From Phaeosaccion multiseriatum (taxonomy: Eukaryota; Protista; Ochrophyta, other classes), in NCBI GenBank assembly GCA_965112735.1, contig OZ218957.1, positions 2,356,001 through 2,420,000 of the forward strand: 64,000 nucleotides of DNA, read 5' to 3'. Below are positions 1 through 11,328 of the stretch, piece by piece (position 1 is the stretch's first letter; every line of letters starts with the position of its first letter). The notes beneath the pieces are model-generated. The model ran no database searches. It saw only the letters and a program-made list of their open reading frames with translations, and had not been told where the DNA came from. The translations under genes were made by a program, and so were the position numbers.

Positions 1-69
1 CTCTCTCTCTCGCCCTTTGTATTTCTCTCCCCGCCTCTCTCCCTCTCTCTCTCTGGTGCATTGCAATAG

Positions 70-986
70 GAGCTGAGCCTTGCCAACGACCCTGACGATC
101 TCGACTTGCCCAAGGAGGCAAGGAGGAAGCTCTTCAGCAGGTGGGTAGTGAGTGTCAGGACATTGTCTGCTACCACCCCACCAAGGCACCCACCACTAGT
201 CACCAGTCAATGCCATTGCTGCCGTCCCTAAAGCACACCAACCACACCAACCATACCCTTCCCCCCTTCATCTCTCCCTCTCCCTCTCCCTCTCTTTCCC
301 TCTCTCTCCCTCTCCCTCTCCCTCTCCCACTCCCTCTCCCACTCTCTTCTCCCTCTCTCCCTCCCTCTCCCTCTCCCTCCCTCTCCCACTCCCTCCGCCT
401 CTCCGTCTCCTTCTCCCTCTCCTACTCCCTCTCCCTCTCCCTCTCCCTCTCCCTCTCCCTCTCCCACTCCCTCCCCCACTCTCCTCTCACTCTCTTACTA
501 AGCAGAGTGGCGTACTACCCTGCCCCTGGAGAGGCGTTGATCCCCGGAGACACGGAGGGAGTGGTGCACGCTCTCGCTTCGGAGGACAAGCAAGTTGACG
601 TCATCGCTCCAAGTGTGGACCACGCGGAGAAGATGAAGCCCTTTCGACACCCAGGGGGGGCAATTATAGGGGGGTTGGTAGGGGTGGTGGATGGGGATCC
701 ACAGCACGGAGGAGGAGGAGGAGGAGGAGGAGGAGGAGGAGGAGGGGAGGGAGAGAGGGTTGTTCCTCATGCCTCACACGCGTTGGAGACGGGTGATGTG
801 TTTGACCTGCCCGAATGGTGGGAGGCACGCGCTGTGTGGCGGGAGGGGAGGGAAGTGGTGTACTATATTGACCACCGCACCCGTACCACCACTTGGACAC
901 GGCCGGTGTCCAACACTATGCGCAGGAGGGGCAGGAGGGACAAGAGGAGACGCGAGCAGGAGACACAGGGGAGGGACGAGGTGTGA
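70..986 (+). CDS. 3' part of a WW-domain protein (5' end lies outside the window); exons 70-140 and 506-986
   Basis: GT-AG intron 141-505 joins ELSLANDPDDLDLPKEARRKLFSR in frame to VAYYP... The C-terminus LPEWWEARAVWREGREVVYYIDHRTRTTTWTRP matches the WW consensus (LP..WE...YY.DH.T.TT.W..P). Confidence 0.8.
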
Positions 987-1962
987 GGGTGGGGAGGGGG
1001 TTGGGGGGTGAGGGCGGTTTAGGTTTTAGATTACGGCTCGACGCGGTGAGAGGAGAGCATGCATGTGGGTGTGTGTGTGTGGGTGTGTGGGTACTGGTGG
1101 GTACTTTCCTTCTCTCTTTTGTAGTATACTCTTTGCTTTTTCTTCAATAGCTGCTACATGTAGTTGCTGCTGCACTCCCGCAGCCTATCGGCACCCTTTG
1201 GGCCCTTTGGGGGGAGAGGAGGTATGGGAGAAGCAGGGAGGGACCCACATTGGGGGCAAATATAGAATATAGCAGTAGTGGCCTTGGAGTGGGAGAGAAA
1301 AGGAGAGAATATAGAAATATCGTGGCCCCCCTCCCCCTCTTTGTGTGTGGGAGAGCGTAGTGAAGTGCATCTTGGGAGATGGCGCTAGGGAGAGGAAGGC
1401 AGAGCACAGCCCCAGCAGGTGGATGGACGTTTATTCGACAGCTTCCTATTTTAATTTTTTATATATATATATATGAAGGAACTAAAGAATAGAGAGAGAG
1501 AGAGAGAGAGAGCTCATTTATGCCACGGGTGGCGAACAAAGCCTTGTGTTCATTGTATTTAAAAAAAAAATTAAGAAACTGTGGCGGCCCCGCTACGGAG
1601 GCCTTCTATCGTCCTGCTTGCGGCGGCTGGATGCCATTGCCATTGTGTGATGTGACCACCTTTCCCTTCCCTCGATTGCATTGACTGTCCTCCCTCCCGT
1701 CCTGCTCCTGCTCCAAGCCACAGCCCATCCCTGGTCCTCTATGTGATTCCCCTGGCTCGCAGTTGTTTGCTCTTCGCGCCAAGGCCCTCCAAGCCTTTCC
1801 TCCTGGCTCCAAACTTCCCCTCCTTTATAAGCTCCTTACTGCTCCCACTCGCCCCACAGCGCCCTTTGAGTTGCCCTTGTGAAGTCTCCTCCCATTCGGG
1901 ATTCCATCTACAGATAGATGCCTCTGCCAAGTAACCAGTTCCCATCATCATCGTCGTCGTCA

Positions 1963-2304
1963 TCAACTTCCGATCTTCAGCACCTCGATCTCGAACCGAA
2001 GGGTTGCATTGGGCATGATTCCCCATGCCTCGAACCCGCCTGCGCCGTACGCGTAGTCCGGTGTTGCCTCTATGGTCGCCTTCTCCCCGAGCTTCATGGT
2101 CGCCACGCCCTCGTCCCATGCAGGAATCACAGACCCGCGCCCTATGTTGAACTCAAAGGGCTGCTGGCCGGCGTCCTTGGTTGACCAAAATTTCTGAGAC
2201 AAGTCGTTGTTCTTTCCATATCCCGTACAGTGCACGGTCACCTTCTGACCTGTCTGCGGGGTGGGTCCGTTCCCCTCCGAGGTGATTGTCTTTGTGAACC
2301 CCAT
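1963..2304 (-). CDS. FKBP12: FKBP-type peptidyl-prolyl isomerase, plant-type FKBP12, 113 aa, intronless
   Basis: MGFTKTITSEGNGPTPQTGQKVTVHCTGYGKNNDLSQKFWSTKD...PFEFNIGRGSVIPAWDEGVATMKLGEKA...DYAYGAGGF..WGIMPNATLRFEIEVL covers the full FKBP fold. ATG at 2304 is in frame with track ORF 1963..2556. Confidence 0.95.
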   Translation of the reverse strand: MGFTKTITSEGNGPTPQTGQKVTVHCTGYGKNNDLSQKFWSTKDAGQQPFEFNIGRGSVIPAWDEGVATMKLGEKATIEATPDYAYGAGGFEAWGIMPNATLRFEIEVLKIGS

Positions 2305-2501
2305 TGATTGCTCTTGCCTTTGACGTGTTTGCTTCCAATTTGGTGTTTGGTGATCGGTCGGTGATTGAAGGTGTGGCTGGTCGGTTGTGCGATCGATTCT
2401 CACCATTCGAATCCGCCAGCTGTGCGCCATCGGTGAAAAAACAGGGGGGGAATCAAATAACAAAAAGGGAGGAGAGCAAATAGAAAAAAAAGGCGAACAG
2501 G
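2305..2501. promoter_or_regulatory. Putative bidirectional promoter/5'UTR region between FKBP12 and the CobW gene
   Basis: 197 bp between divergent ATGs (2304 on -, 2502 on +). No specific elements identified. Confidence 0.5.
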
Positions 2502-5500
2502 ATGGACGCTTATGCACCAGCAGAATATCCCTCTGTCGAGGTGGCCAAGGATGCACGCATCATCAATGGTGGTGTCGAGCCGCGGGAGGCAGAGGACGAC
2601 TACGATGACGAAGAGGTGTTTGAAGTGCCCGACAGTGACAAGGTGCGGCAAACGGGAGGGGAGGATCGTACACAAAGAGGGACGGGAGGGGGATAGGAGG
2701 GAGTGCAATGACATGAGGTGAAAGCTGCATTCAGGGGGAGGGGTCAAAAGCGAAGGAGAGTTCGGGGGGAAGGGAAGCATTTGCCCCGCCGCACGTTTTT
2801 CCGCTCCCCCTTGTCCTTAACTCGTGTCTCCTGCACCGTCTACCGGGTCCCTGTCGCCGCTGCTCCGCTCCTGCCAGACCCCTGTCACCATTGTGACAGG
2901 GTTTCTCGGCGCCGGAAAGACGACCTTGGTCAACTATATTCTCAAGGAGCAAAAGGGGCTCAAAATTGCCGTCATTGAGAATGAATTCGGAGCAGTCAGG
3001 TGGGTGTACAGGAGCTCTACATCCCTCCCTTCACCCCCCGCCCCTCGCCTCCCCTGCTCTTCCTTCACCCCCCTCCCCCCCCCTCCCCTCCCCTCCGCAT
3101 CCCTCCCTACACCCCCCGCCCCTCCCCTCCCCTCCTCTGTAGCATCGACGACGCTCTGGTGAGTGAGAACGTAAAGTCCGCGGAGGAGCTCGTGGTCATG
3201 GACAATGGCTGTGTGTGCTGCTCCGTCAGGGGAGACCTCGTCAAGGCCATGGAGCACTTCCTCGACACACGCAAGGGGTTCGACGCCATCCTGCTTGAGA
3301 CCACGGGTAAGGGAGGGACGAGAAGAGGAGAGGAAGGAAGGAGGGAGGGAGGGAGGGAGGGTGGGTGGGAGGGGAGGGTGGGAGGGGAGGGGAGGGAGGG
3401 AGGGAGGGAGGTTGCGTGGGGCCTTTTAGCGGGCGTGGGGGTGTGGGTGTCTGTGCGTGCGTGTTTGTGTGTTCCATGTCCCTTTGAGCATCTCTCTTGT
3501 CTGTGATGGTGCTAGATCCTTGTCCCTTTGTCCACAAGTCTCATCCACTAAACCCAAGCCAGAAAGAACCACCTTTCTTCCCCCTCCTCTTCCCTCCCGC
3601 CCCCCCCCCCCTCCCTATTACCTGCTGCGCGTGAACACTTGGATCCTTGTCCGATTCAACTGCCTCACTCCCACCCCCCCTGTTGGTGCTCCACCCTCCC
3701 CTGTTGGTGATCCACCCCTCCCTCCCCCTAGGCATGGCGGATCCGTCTCCCATCGTGGCCACCTTCAACGCTGAAGAGGATATCAAGCTGAACTACCGCA
3801 TTGACTCGATCCTCTGCCTCGTTGACGCCAAGCACATTGGGCAGCAGCTTGACAGGAAGCCCGGTGAGTGAGTGAGTGAGTGAGGAGTGAGTGAGGAGTG
3901 AGTGAGTGAGTGAGGAGTGAGTGAGTGAGTGAGTGCGAGTGAGTCAGTGAGTGCGTGTGAGTGAGTGAGTGAGTGAGTGAGTGAGTGAGTGAGTGAGTGT
4001 GAATGAGTCAGTGAGTGAGTGAGGGAGCGTGTGTATGTGGGTGTGCGTTTGCGTGTGCGTGTGTGTGCGTGTGTGTGTATGTACGTATGTGTGTATGTGT
4101 GTGTGATCTCCCCCCCTCCCTCCCTCCCTCCTGCCCGCCCGCCCTCCCTCACCCCCTCCTTGCGCTTGCGGTGCGTCTCAGAGGAGGAGGGCGCTGTCAA
4201 CGAACCCGCGCAACAACTTGCCTTCGCAGACCGTATATTGCTCAACAAGATTGACTTGGTCAGCAAGGAGCAGCTCGGAGAGGTTAAGAAGAAGATTCAC
4301 GACATCAATGCTTTCGCCGAGATCGTCGAGACCGAGAGGGTGAGCTGGAGGAGAGGGAGGAGGGGGGTGGGCGGGGGGGAGGAGAGAGGGGAGGGAGGAA
4401 GGGAGAGGGAGGAGGGAGAGAGAGGGAGAGAGGGAAAGAGGAAAGAGGACTGAGGGGCCTACTGGAAGACACACACACACACGCACAGAGAGAGAGAGAA
4501 AAAGAGGCATGTGGGAGAGAACTTGTTGTAATCAGGGAAGCGACGCGTGAAGGCGTGGGGCGACTTACGACTTACTGGGTGCGGTGGCAGATGGAGTGAG
4601 TGAATACCCCCCCCCTGCCGCCCTCCATGCTGTGTGCTCATTCCCTGTGTCGCACTCCTTTCCCTGCCCGTCACTCCCTCTCCACCTACCTACCTACCTA
4701 CCTACCTACCTACCTACCTACCTACCTACCTACCTACCTACCTACCTACCTACCGACCTACCGACCTACCTACCCTGTCCCTCGCTCCCTCCCTCGCTCC
4801 CTCCTCCCTCCCTCCCTTTCCTTAAGTCTCGCGCCCCGTTGAACAAGGTGGTTGGGCTGGGCAGTTACAACCTCGAGAGGGTGATGCAGATGCTCGAAAA
4901 GGAGGACCTGACGGCAAACGTGGAGGGTAAACCAGGTGGTGGTGGTGGTGACAAAGCAAAGTCGGCGGCTGACACTGACGACCACCACTCACACGGAGGG
5001 CATCATCACGAGCACGGCCACGGGGTGTCAGGACATGACCACGACCACTCGGGACATGAGCACGACCACTCGCACACCCACGAACACGCAGGGGGAGAGG
5101 GAGAGGACAACGGCAAGCGGAAACTCGCCGAGGCGGAGGGGGGGGAAGCAGCAGGGGCCCCCAACAAGAAGGTGCGAACTACACGAAACGCTTTTTTTGA
5201 GTGGCGCTGCAGGCCGAGCACGGGGCAGTCAGTCATAAGGTCGTTTTACTTTTGGTGCCCTGGCCTGCCCTCACCCGGAAGGGAGGGAAAGGGGGAGGGA
5301 GGGGGGCGCTAGGGAGGGAGAGGGAGGGAGCGACGGATGAAGGGGAGGGAGAGGGAGGGAGCGACGGATGAAGGGGAGGGAGAGGGAGGGAGCGACGGAT
5401 GAAGGGGAGGGAGAGGGAGGGAGCGACGGATGAAGGGGAGGGAGAGGGAGGGAGCGACGGCTGAAGGGGAGGGAGAGGGAGCGGGAGGGAGCTCAAGTCC

Positions 5501-5732
5501 TTCACCGCCGCTTCGCCTCCCCTTCGTCTCTGCCCCCGGCCCCCGGCCCGGCATTGGTCTGCTCCTATCGGCCTTAAGAGATACGGCAAAGTGTAACAGC
5601 GTGTGACAGAGTGTGGTACTAAGGCGTCTTCGAGAACACTTGGGTCGTCGCAGAGTATGGCAGAGTCTCTGTTTCCTTCCCGACTGCCACAGCGAACTGT
5701 CTACCTGCTCCTCCCTCATTCTCCTCCTCCTC

Positions 5733-5766
<34 letters not shown>

Positions 5767-6547
5767 TCCTCCTACTCCTCCTCCTCCTCCTGCTGCTGCT
5801 GCTGCTCCTCCTCCTCCTCCTCCTCCTCCTCCTGCTGCTGCTGCTCCTTTTCCTCCTGCTCCTCCTCCTCCTCCTCCTCCTCCTCCTCCTACCATGGGCC
5901 AATCAATCAACCAATCAATGGCAATGCCAAAATACCGCACAACATCTAACCGTCTCATGTGTGTCCATGGATGGCGTGTTGGGTGTGGATGGAGCAGCCC
6001 AAGCTGCTAACCCCCGGCGGGCGAGTGGTAGCCACTAAGGGTCGACACGAGAGCAGCATCGGCTCCATTGGCCTGACGCTGCCCGGCTCGCTGGATCTCG
6101 ACCTCTTCAATGAGTTCATGGGCGTATTCCTTGGAGAGCACGGGCAGGACATCTTCAGATCTAAGGTAGGGAAGAGCCGAGAGGCAGAGAGGCTGGTGTG
6201 TGTGGGAAGGGGGGTTGTGGTCGGCGTGTTTAGGGTGTGTGTGTATGTTGCCTGTGTGTGTGCGTGCATGTTTATGTGGTTGTGTGTATGTTGCCTGTGT
6301 GTGTGCGTGTATGTTTATGTGGTTGTGGAGGGTGTGTATGTTGCCTGTGTGTGTGCGTGTATGTTTATGTTTATGTGGTTGTGGAGGAAGGCTGGGATCG
6401 TCTGTCAGGAGAGTTGAGAAAGCTCCCTCACAATTCTGTCTCTCTCTCTCTTTCTCTCTCTCTCTCTTTCTCTCTCTCTCTTTCTCTCTCTCTCTCTTTC
6501 TCTCACGCCCTCTTTCTCTCTCTCTCTTTCTCTCTCTGTCTCTCACG

Positions 6548-6623
<76 letters not shown>

Positions 6624-6956
6624 CAACCCCCTTGTTTCTGTTCGACGCTCAATGCGTACACTCATCAAATGTTCGATTCTCAAAGCGTACACTCATCATA
6701 TGTTCGATTCTCAATGCGGTCACTCATCATATGTTCTCGGATCGCTTTGCCGACTCCATAACCCCCCTCCTGCTGCCTCTTGTCACTCTCACAGGGCATC
6801 TTATCATTCTGGGGCCAGGAGGAGAAGTACATTTTCCAGGTTTGGTTTGGTTTGGTTTGGTTTGGTTTGTATCACTTGTCGGGTCGTGTGTGCGCGTGAT
6901 GTGTGGCCGTCTGTGTGTGTGCGTATGTGTGCGTATGTGTGCGTATGTGTGTGTGT

Positions 6957-7008
<52 letters not shown>

Positions 7009-7413
7009 CAGTGACCTCCTCATTCTGGGCTGGGGAGAGCGAGGCAAAGGAGAGCATGGCCCTAGGACCAAGGATCGCGTCTTTCTCCCCTGCTCCTGCT
7101 TTCTTCGTGCCCATCCACTGCCATCAATCCCCTTCCTGCCCATCCACTGCCATCAATCACCCTCCTGCCCATCCACTGCCATCAATCACCCTCCTGCCCA
7201 TCCACTGCCATCACTCATCTCCAGGGGGTGCACGAGCAAATCACCTGTGACGTAACCGAAGGCGGCCACATTTGGGAGCCGGACGAACAGAGGATCATAA
7301 AGATGGTATTCATCGGCCGCAAGCTCGACAAGGATCGGATTGAGAAGGGCATCAAGGGATGTATCCTGACCGCGGAGGAGTGGCGGGAGTCTGTGAAGGA
7401 CGATGAAGAGTAG
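2502..7413 (+). CDS. COG0523/CobW-family (ZNG1/CBWD-like) metal-chaperone GTPase; exons ~2502-2642, 2878-2999, 3143-3306, 3732-3863, 4182-4339, 4827-5171, 5998-6165, 6795-6839, 7225-7413
   Basis: Walker [15 protein letters not shown], metal-binding GCVCC, Walker B LLETTG-MADP, LNKID, a His-rich linker, and CobW_C (FRSKGILSF...FQGVH...MVFIGRKLD). All junctions GT-AG and in phase; start of exon 7 is less certain. Confidence 0.93.
5312..5480. repeat. Intronic ~30-bp tandem repeat (gagggagggagcgacggatgaaggggaggga), ~5 copies
   Basis: Direct inspection. Confidence 0.85.
7111..7212. repeat. ~29-bp tandem repeat containing CCATCCACTGCCATC, 4 copies, just before a splice acceptor
   Basis: Direct inspection. 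Confidence 0.85.
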
Positions 7414-8305
7414 GGAGAAGGGGTGCGGCGGATGGCAGTGGATGGCAGTGGTTTAGGGGAGAGGGGGCTGGGGGGCGAGTGAGGTGGCGGCGGAGGAGAA
7501 GGAGGGAGGGTGGAAGGAGCAGGAGGGAGGGTGGGGTTGAAAGGCGAAAGGCTCTTTCTCTCTCTCTTCCTGTCGGAGCTGGAGGTGCCGCTTGGAGTGG
7601 TCCCGTGGTTTGAATCGGAGCCCTCTTAGCAGGGGAGGAGATGGGGGGGGGGCTTGAGGCTCCCTCGCTCGGCTGTCGACTTTCCCCACGTCCCATCTGA
7701 ATCGCTAGCTCGGTGCTCGTGTGGTGGGATCGAAGCTGATAGGAGGGGGGAGGAGCGAGGGTGGCGGGGGGGTGGAGGGACGAGGCAGCAAGGGGGCAGA
7801 GCATCATCTTTTTTCGTGGAACGAAGAAGGAAGGAAGGAAGGAAGGAAGGAAGGAAGGAAGGAAGGAAGGAAGGAAGGAAGGAAGGAAGGGAGGGGGGAG
7901 GAGAGAAGAGAGGATACTCCTTGCGGGAGTGGGAGGTGGTGAGTGGTGCACCTCGGTCATCTCCTCCCCAGTTGGCTCTTCGCCCTTCGCTCTCAACCAC
8001 TGATTGGACGGAAGAGTGTGGGGCACTGTAGGGGCGGGGGTTCTTTTGGGGGTCTTTTTGTTTTGTTTTTAAAAAATATTTTCTTGTGAAATTAAGCGGT
8101 GTCGTTGTTTATGGCTGTGTGTTGCGTGAAGGGGGTGTGTTGGTTGGAGCAGCAGCTGTGAGGGGGGGGGGGGAGGGGGCGTACGGAGAATGATTCAATA
8201 TATACTTTGTACTTTGTTGACTTCAGAGGTTCCGTGCAAGACAAGGCAAGTCGAGTATCGCCCCCCTTCCCTCTCATCTCAATGCCTATATAACGTCGTC
8301 AGTCG

Positions 8306-9368
8306 TCAGTCCTGACAGTAGCAGGGGTGTCCATTGGCGTGCACCCACTGCTTCATCTCCTCAAGGGCGGCAGGGGGCATATCCCCCCCACCCAACATGG
8401 TCTTTATAGAACTGCGGGCATACCAAGCAGTCCCAGGGACACATGACCTCGTCCGATCGGAGCCATTTCAGTATGGAGAGGCTCTTGGCGCTATGAACTG
8501 CGTGAGTACAGACAGATGCATCCCAACTGCACAGCTCCCGTGCGTTTGCATGCAGCCATTGCAGCACCTCCAGGTTGCCAGTCTTGGCCGCCCAGAAAGG
8601 CCCCTGCCTCCACTCGCTGTTTCCCCCTGCCGCCTCCATCTCAGCTCTGATCTTGGGATGGCGGAGGACCCATTCGACCACAGCAACACGCCCCGACTGA
8701 ATAGATACCTCCAAAAGACTGGAGCTAAACGGGGCGTTCACCTCGTCTGTGAGCATCCACTCCAGCATCTCCAGCTTCCCCTGCCCAGCTGCTTCTCTAC
8801 ATACATGTTCATTCCACGGGCACCTCTCCTTGCCCGGCAGGTCCTCCGTCCGCAGCCACTGGAGGATGCTGAGTCCGTGCCTCTGATTGCTCACAGCAGC
8901 CATGCACACCCTCTTATCCCAGGCACAGCCCATGCCGTGAAGAGCCTTGCACACGCGCACATCTCCGTACTCAGTAGCAGTCCGAAATGTCTTCTTACTC
9001 AGCTCATACCCGTACTTCCTGGCCCACCTCAAGCGCTCCACAGACTCCACCACCCTCCTGACAGGGGTGGTCTTGGCTGGATAAAGACGTCTGTAGTGTC
9101 CCTTCCACTCTTTGCTCACGGGTGCGATGAAGAAGTCGTGACCCTCTCCAGTCCACTCCATGACTGTGCTGAGCATCACGGTTTGAGCCAGAGCCTGGCC
9201 ACAAGCTTCGAAGGTCTCACCATCGCTTCCGTCGTTTCCAGCAAGGGCAGCGGGATAGGGACCAGGTGCCATGGCAGTACCACCTCTTCCATGCAAAACC
9301 CCTGAGGGGTCGGTGGGTGGAGCTGGCTGGAGCCGCTTGGCGCCCTGCTTGTGGTCAGGTCCCTCCAT
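8306..9368 (-). CDS. Ankyrin-like repeat protein paralog A (algal/giant-virus-type CPWD..AA..G.LEVLQWL repeats), with a frameshift near the C-terminus
   Basis: Repeats CAWDKRVCMAA, CPWNEHVCREAAGQGKLEMLEW, GNLEVLQWLHAN; highly similar to 9974-10972. The track ORF stops at 8361, but the paralogous tail MPPAALEEMKQWVHANGHPCYCQD* continues in another frame to 8306. The shift falls in a C7 run at 8383-8389. Confidence 0.75.
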
Positions 9369-9709
9369 ACCTCCTTTGTCCCCTTTCCCTCTGACTGTTT
9401 GATCGATGGGTAGAGGGGATCGGAGGGAAGCTCGGGGGTGTTATCTTCTGTGAAGCCTGGTATGGCGTGAAAAGGGACGGGGAGAGAGATACAGGAGGGT
9501 GGAATGGGAAGAAGCAGAGGCAAAGGGGGTATCTCTGTGGGACTGAGGCTGGAGAGGAAGGGGAAAGTTTAAACGTTCAAACACGAACGTATGATAGACT
9601 CGACAACCATCTTCCCAGCGTGCCCTCGGCTGCTCTTCGGCCCCTCCCAGCCTTTCCTAGTCACCGCCACAATCTACCTGCTGCCGTAGCTCCTCTCTAT
9701 AGATGGCAC

Positions 9710-9781
<72 letters not shown>

Positions 9782-9973
9782 TTCCATCGAAAGTTGGTCG
9801 TTCGGAGTCGGCATTTGCTATATGGATGGCCCTGGCTGGCTGGCTGGCTGATTGCAGCAGCGCAGCAACCTTGCTTGGGCCGTGTGCTGCACCACCCTTG
9901 TTCTCCTGCTGTTGCTTCTTTGCTGTATCACCTGGAGGCGCCGCAGCGCGAGGTGGGGAGGATTTAAATCGAC

Positions 9974-10972
9974 ATGAGGCAGTGCCTGGGCAGCAGCGTA
10001 GGTGCGGATAACAATGCCGCGGGGACTGGTGATGAAGCTGCTGTGGCCCAGGAGACCTACGTGGCCAGTGCCAAGGCCTTGGGGATGGAGGAGGTCCTTC
10101 GGAGAGTCGTGCTCCTTGTGGGGAAGGGCCACCACGTCTTCGTCGCCACCGTGAGCAAGGAGTGGCAAGCGCAGTATAGCATGGCGTTTCCTTCGCTCAA
10201 GACCTCCCTTCCAAGCGTGGTGGAGTCTGTCAAGCGCGTCCAGTGGGCCAAGAAGGAATGTGGGTACGAGCTGTGTGTGGGCACTTTCGAGGCGGCGGCA
10301 GAGTTCGGAGATGTGAGCGTGTGCGAGGAACTTCATCATTTGAGCTGCCCCTGGGACGAAGAGGCCTGCAAAGCCGCTGTGAGGAATGCTAGGCATGGGC
10401 TGCGTGTCCTCAAGTGGTTGCGATCCGAGGACCTCCCCGACAAGGAGCGCTGTCCTTGGTCTGAAGCTTGCGTCAGTTGTGAAGCTGCCAAGAGCGGCAA
10501 TGTGGAGGTTCTGGAGTGGCTGCTGTCTGATGGTCTCGATGGCTCTCCTGATGTTGGAATGTGGGAGGAAGCCATGATGGCGGGGCGCATTGAAGTACTG
10601 GAAATGCTCGTGGACCACCCCAAGGTCAGAGCTCGGATGGAGGCGGCAGGGGAGGATAGCCGGTGGAGGGATGGGCCTGAAGATATGGTCGAAGAGGGAA
10701 ATATGGAAGTGCTGCAATGGCTGCATGCAAACGCACGGGAGCTGTGCAGGTGGGATAAAGATGTCTGTTTTAACGCAGTGCATTTCGCCAAGAGCCTCTC
10801 TATCCTGAAATGGCTCCGATCGGAGGAGGTCATGTGCCCCTGGGACAGATGGGTATGCCCACAGTACTGGAAAGACGAACAAAGTTTTGACTGGAATATG
10901 CCCCCTGCCACGTTTGAGGAGATGAAGCAGTGGGTGCACGCCAATGGACACCCCTGCCACTGCCAAGACTGA
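9974..10972 (+). CDS. Ankyrin-like repeat protein paralog B, 332 aa, uninterrupted ORF
   Basis: N-terminal F-box-like segment (LVGKGHHVFVATVSKEWQAQY), then repeats CPWDEEACKAA, CEAAKSGNVEVLEWL, GNMEVLQWLHAN, CPWD, ending QWVHANGHPCHCQD. Confidence 0.85.
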   Translation: MRQCLGSSVGADNNAAGTGDEAAVAQETYVASAKALGMEEVLRRVVLLVGKGHHVFVATVSKEWQAQYSMAFPSLKTSLPSVVESVKRVQWAKKECGYELCVGTFEAAAEFGDVSVCEELHHLSCPWDEEACKAAVRNARHGLRVLKWLRSEDLPDKERCPWSEACVSCEAAKSGNVEVLEWLLSDGLDGSPDVGMWEEAMMAGRIEVLEMLVDHPKVRARMEAAGEDSRWRDGPEDMVEEGNMEVLQWLHANARELCRWDKDVCFNAVHFAKSLSILKWLRSEEVMCPWDRWVCPQYWKDEQSFDWNMPPATFEEMKQWVHANGHPCHCQD

Positions 10973-11328
10973 TCCACTCTCTACCCACTTCTCTTCAACA
11001 TTGTGTAAGCTGCGAAATAAAGACTCCGGGTGTTTGATCGCCATGGCCTTGAGGACCCAATTTATATAAACACTCTGCATCCCTTGCCCTCGCCGCCGCG
11101 GCACGGCGCGCCAGGCGGTACAGGTTTTTGAACACCCTCCCTTCTCGATCCTTCCTTTTCTCCAACCTCACCCGAAGGAATTAGTATACACGAAAAAATT
11201 AAAATTAAACAAAGAATAATGAAGAAGAAGAACTATTGTAAAAAAAGAACACGGCGAAAACACCTCTCCCATCATCGCCACCGCCCACCGCCACTCCTGA
11301 CCTTCTGTAACTGTAAGCACACAAATAC

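Noticed and set aside
7948-8030. Exon-like fragment on the - strand (PHTLPSNQWLRAKGEEPTGEEMTE) downstream of ankyrin paralog A
   Set aside because: The resemblance to the QWLRANG repeat is too short, and no coherent gene model could be built.
8334-11104. Long antisense ORFs 8334-9305 (+) and 9818-11104 (-)
   Set aside because: Shadows of the ankyrin-like genes on the opposite strand, with no recognisable motifs.
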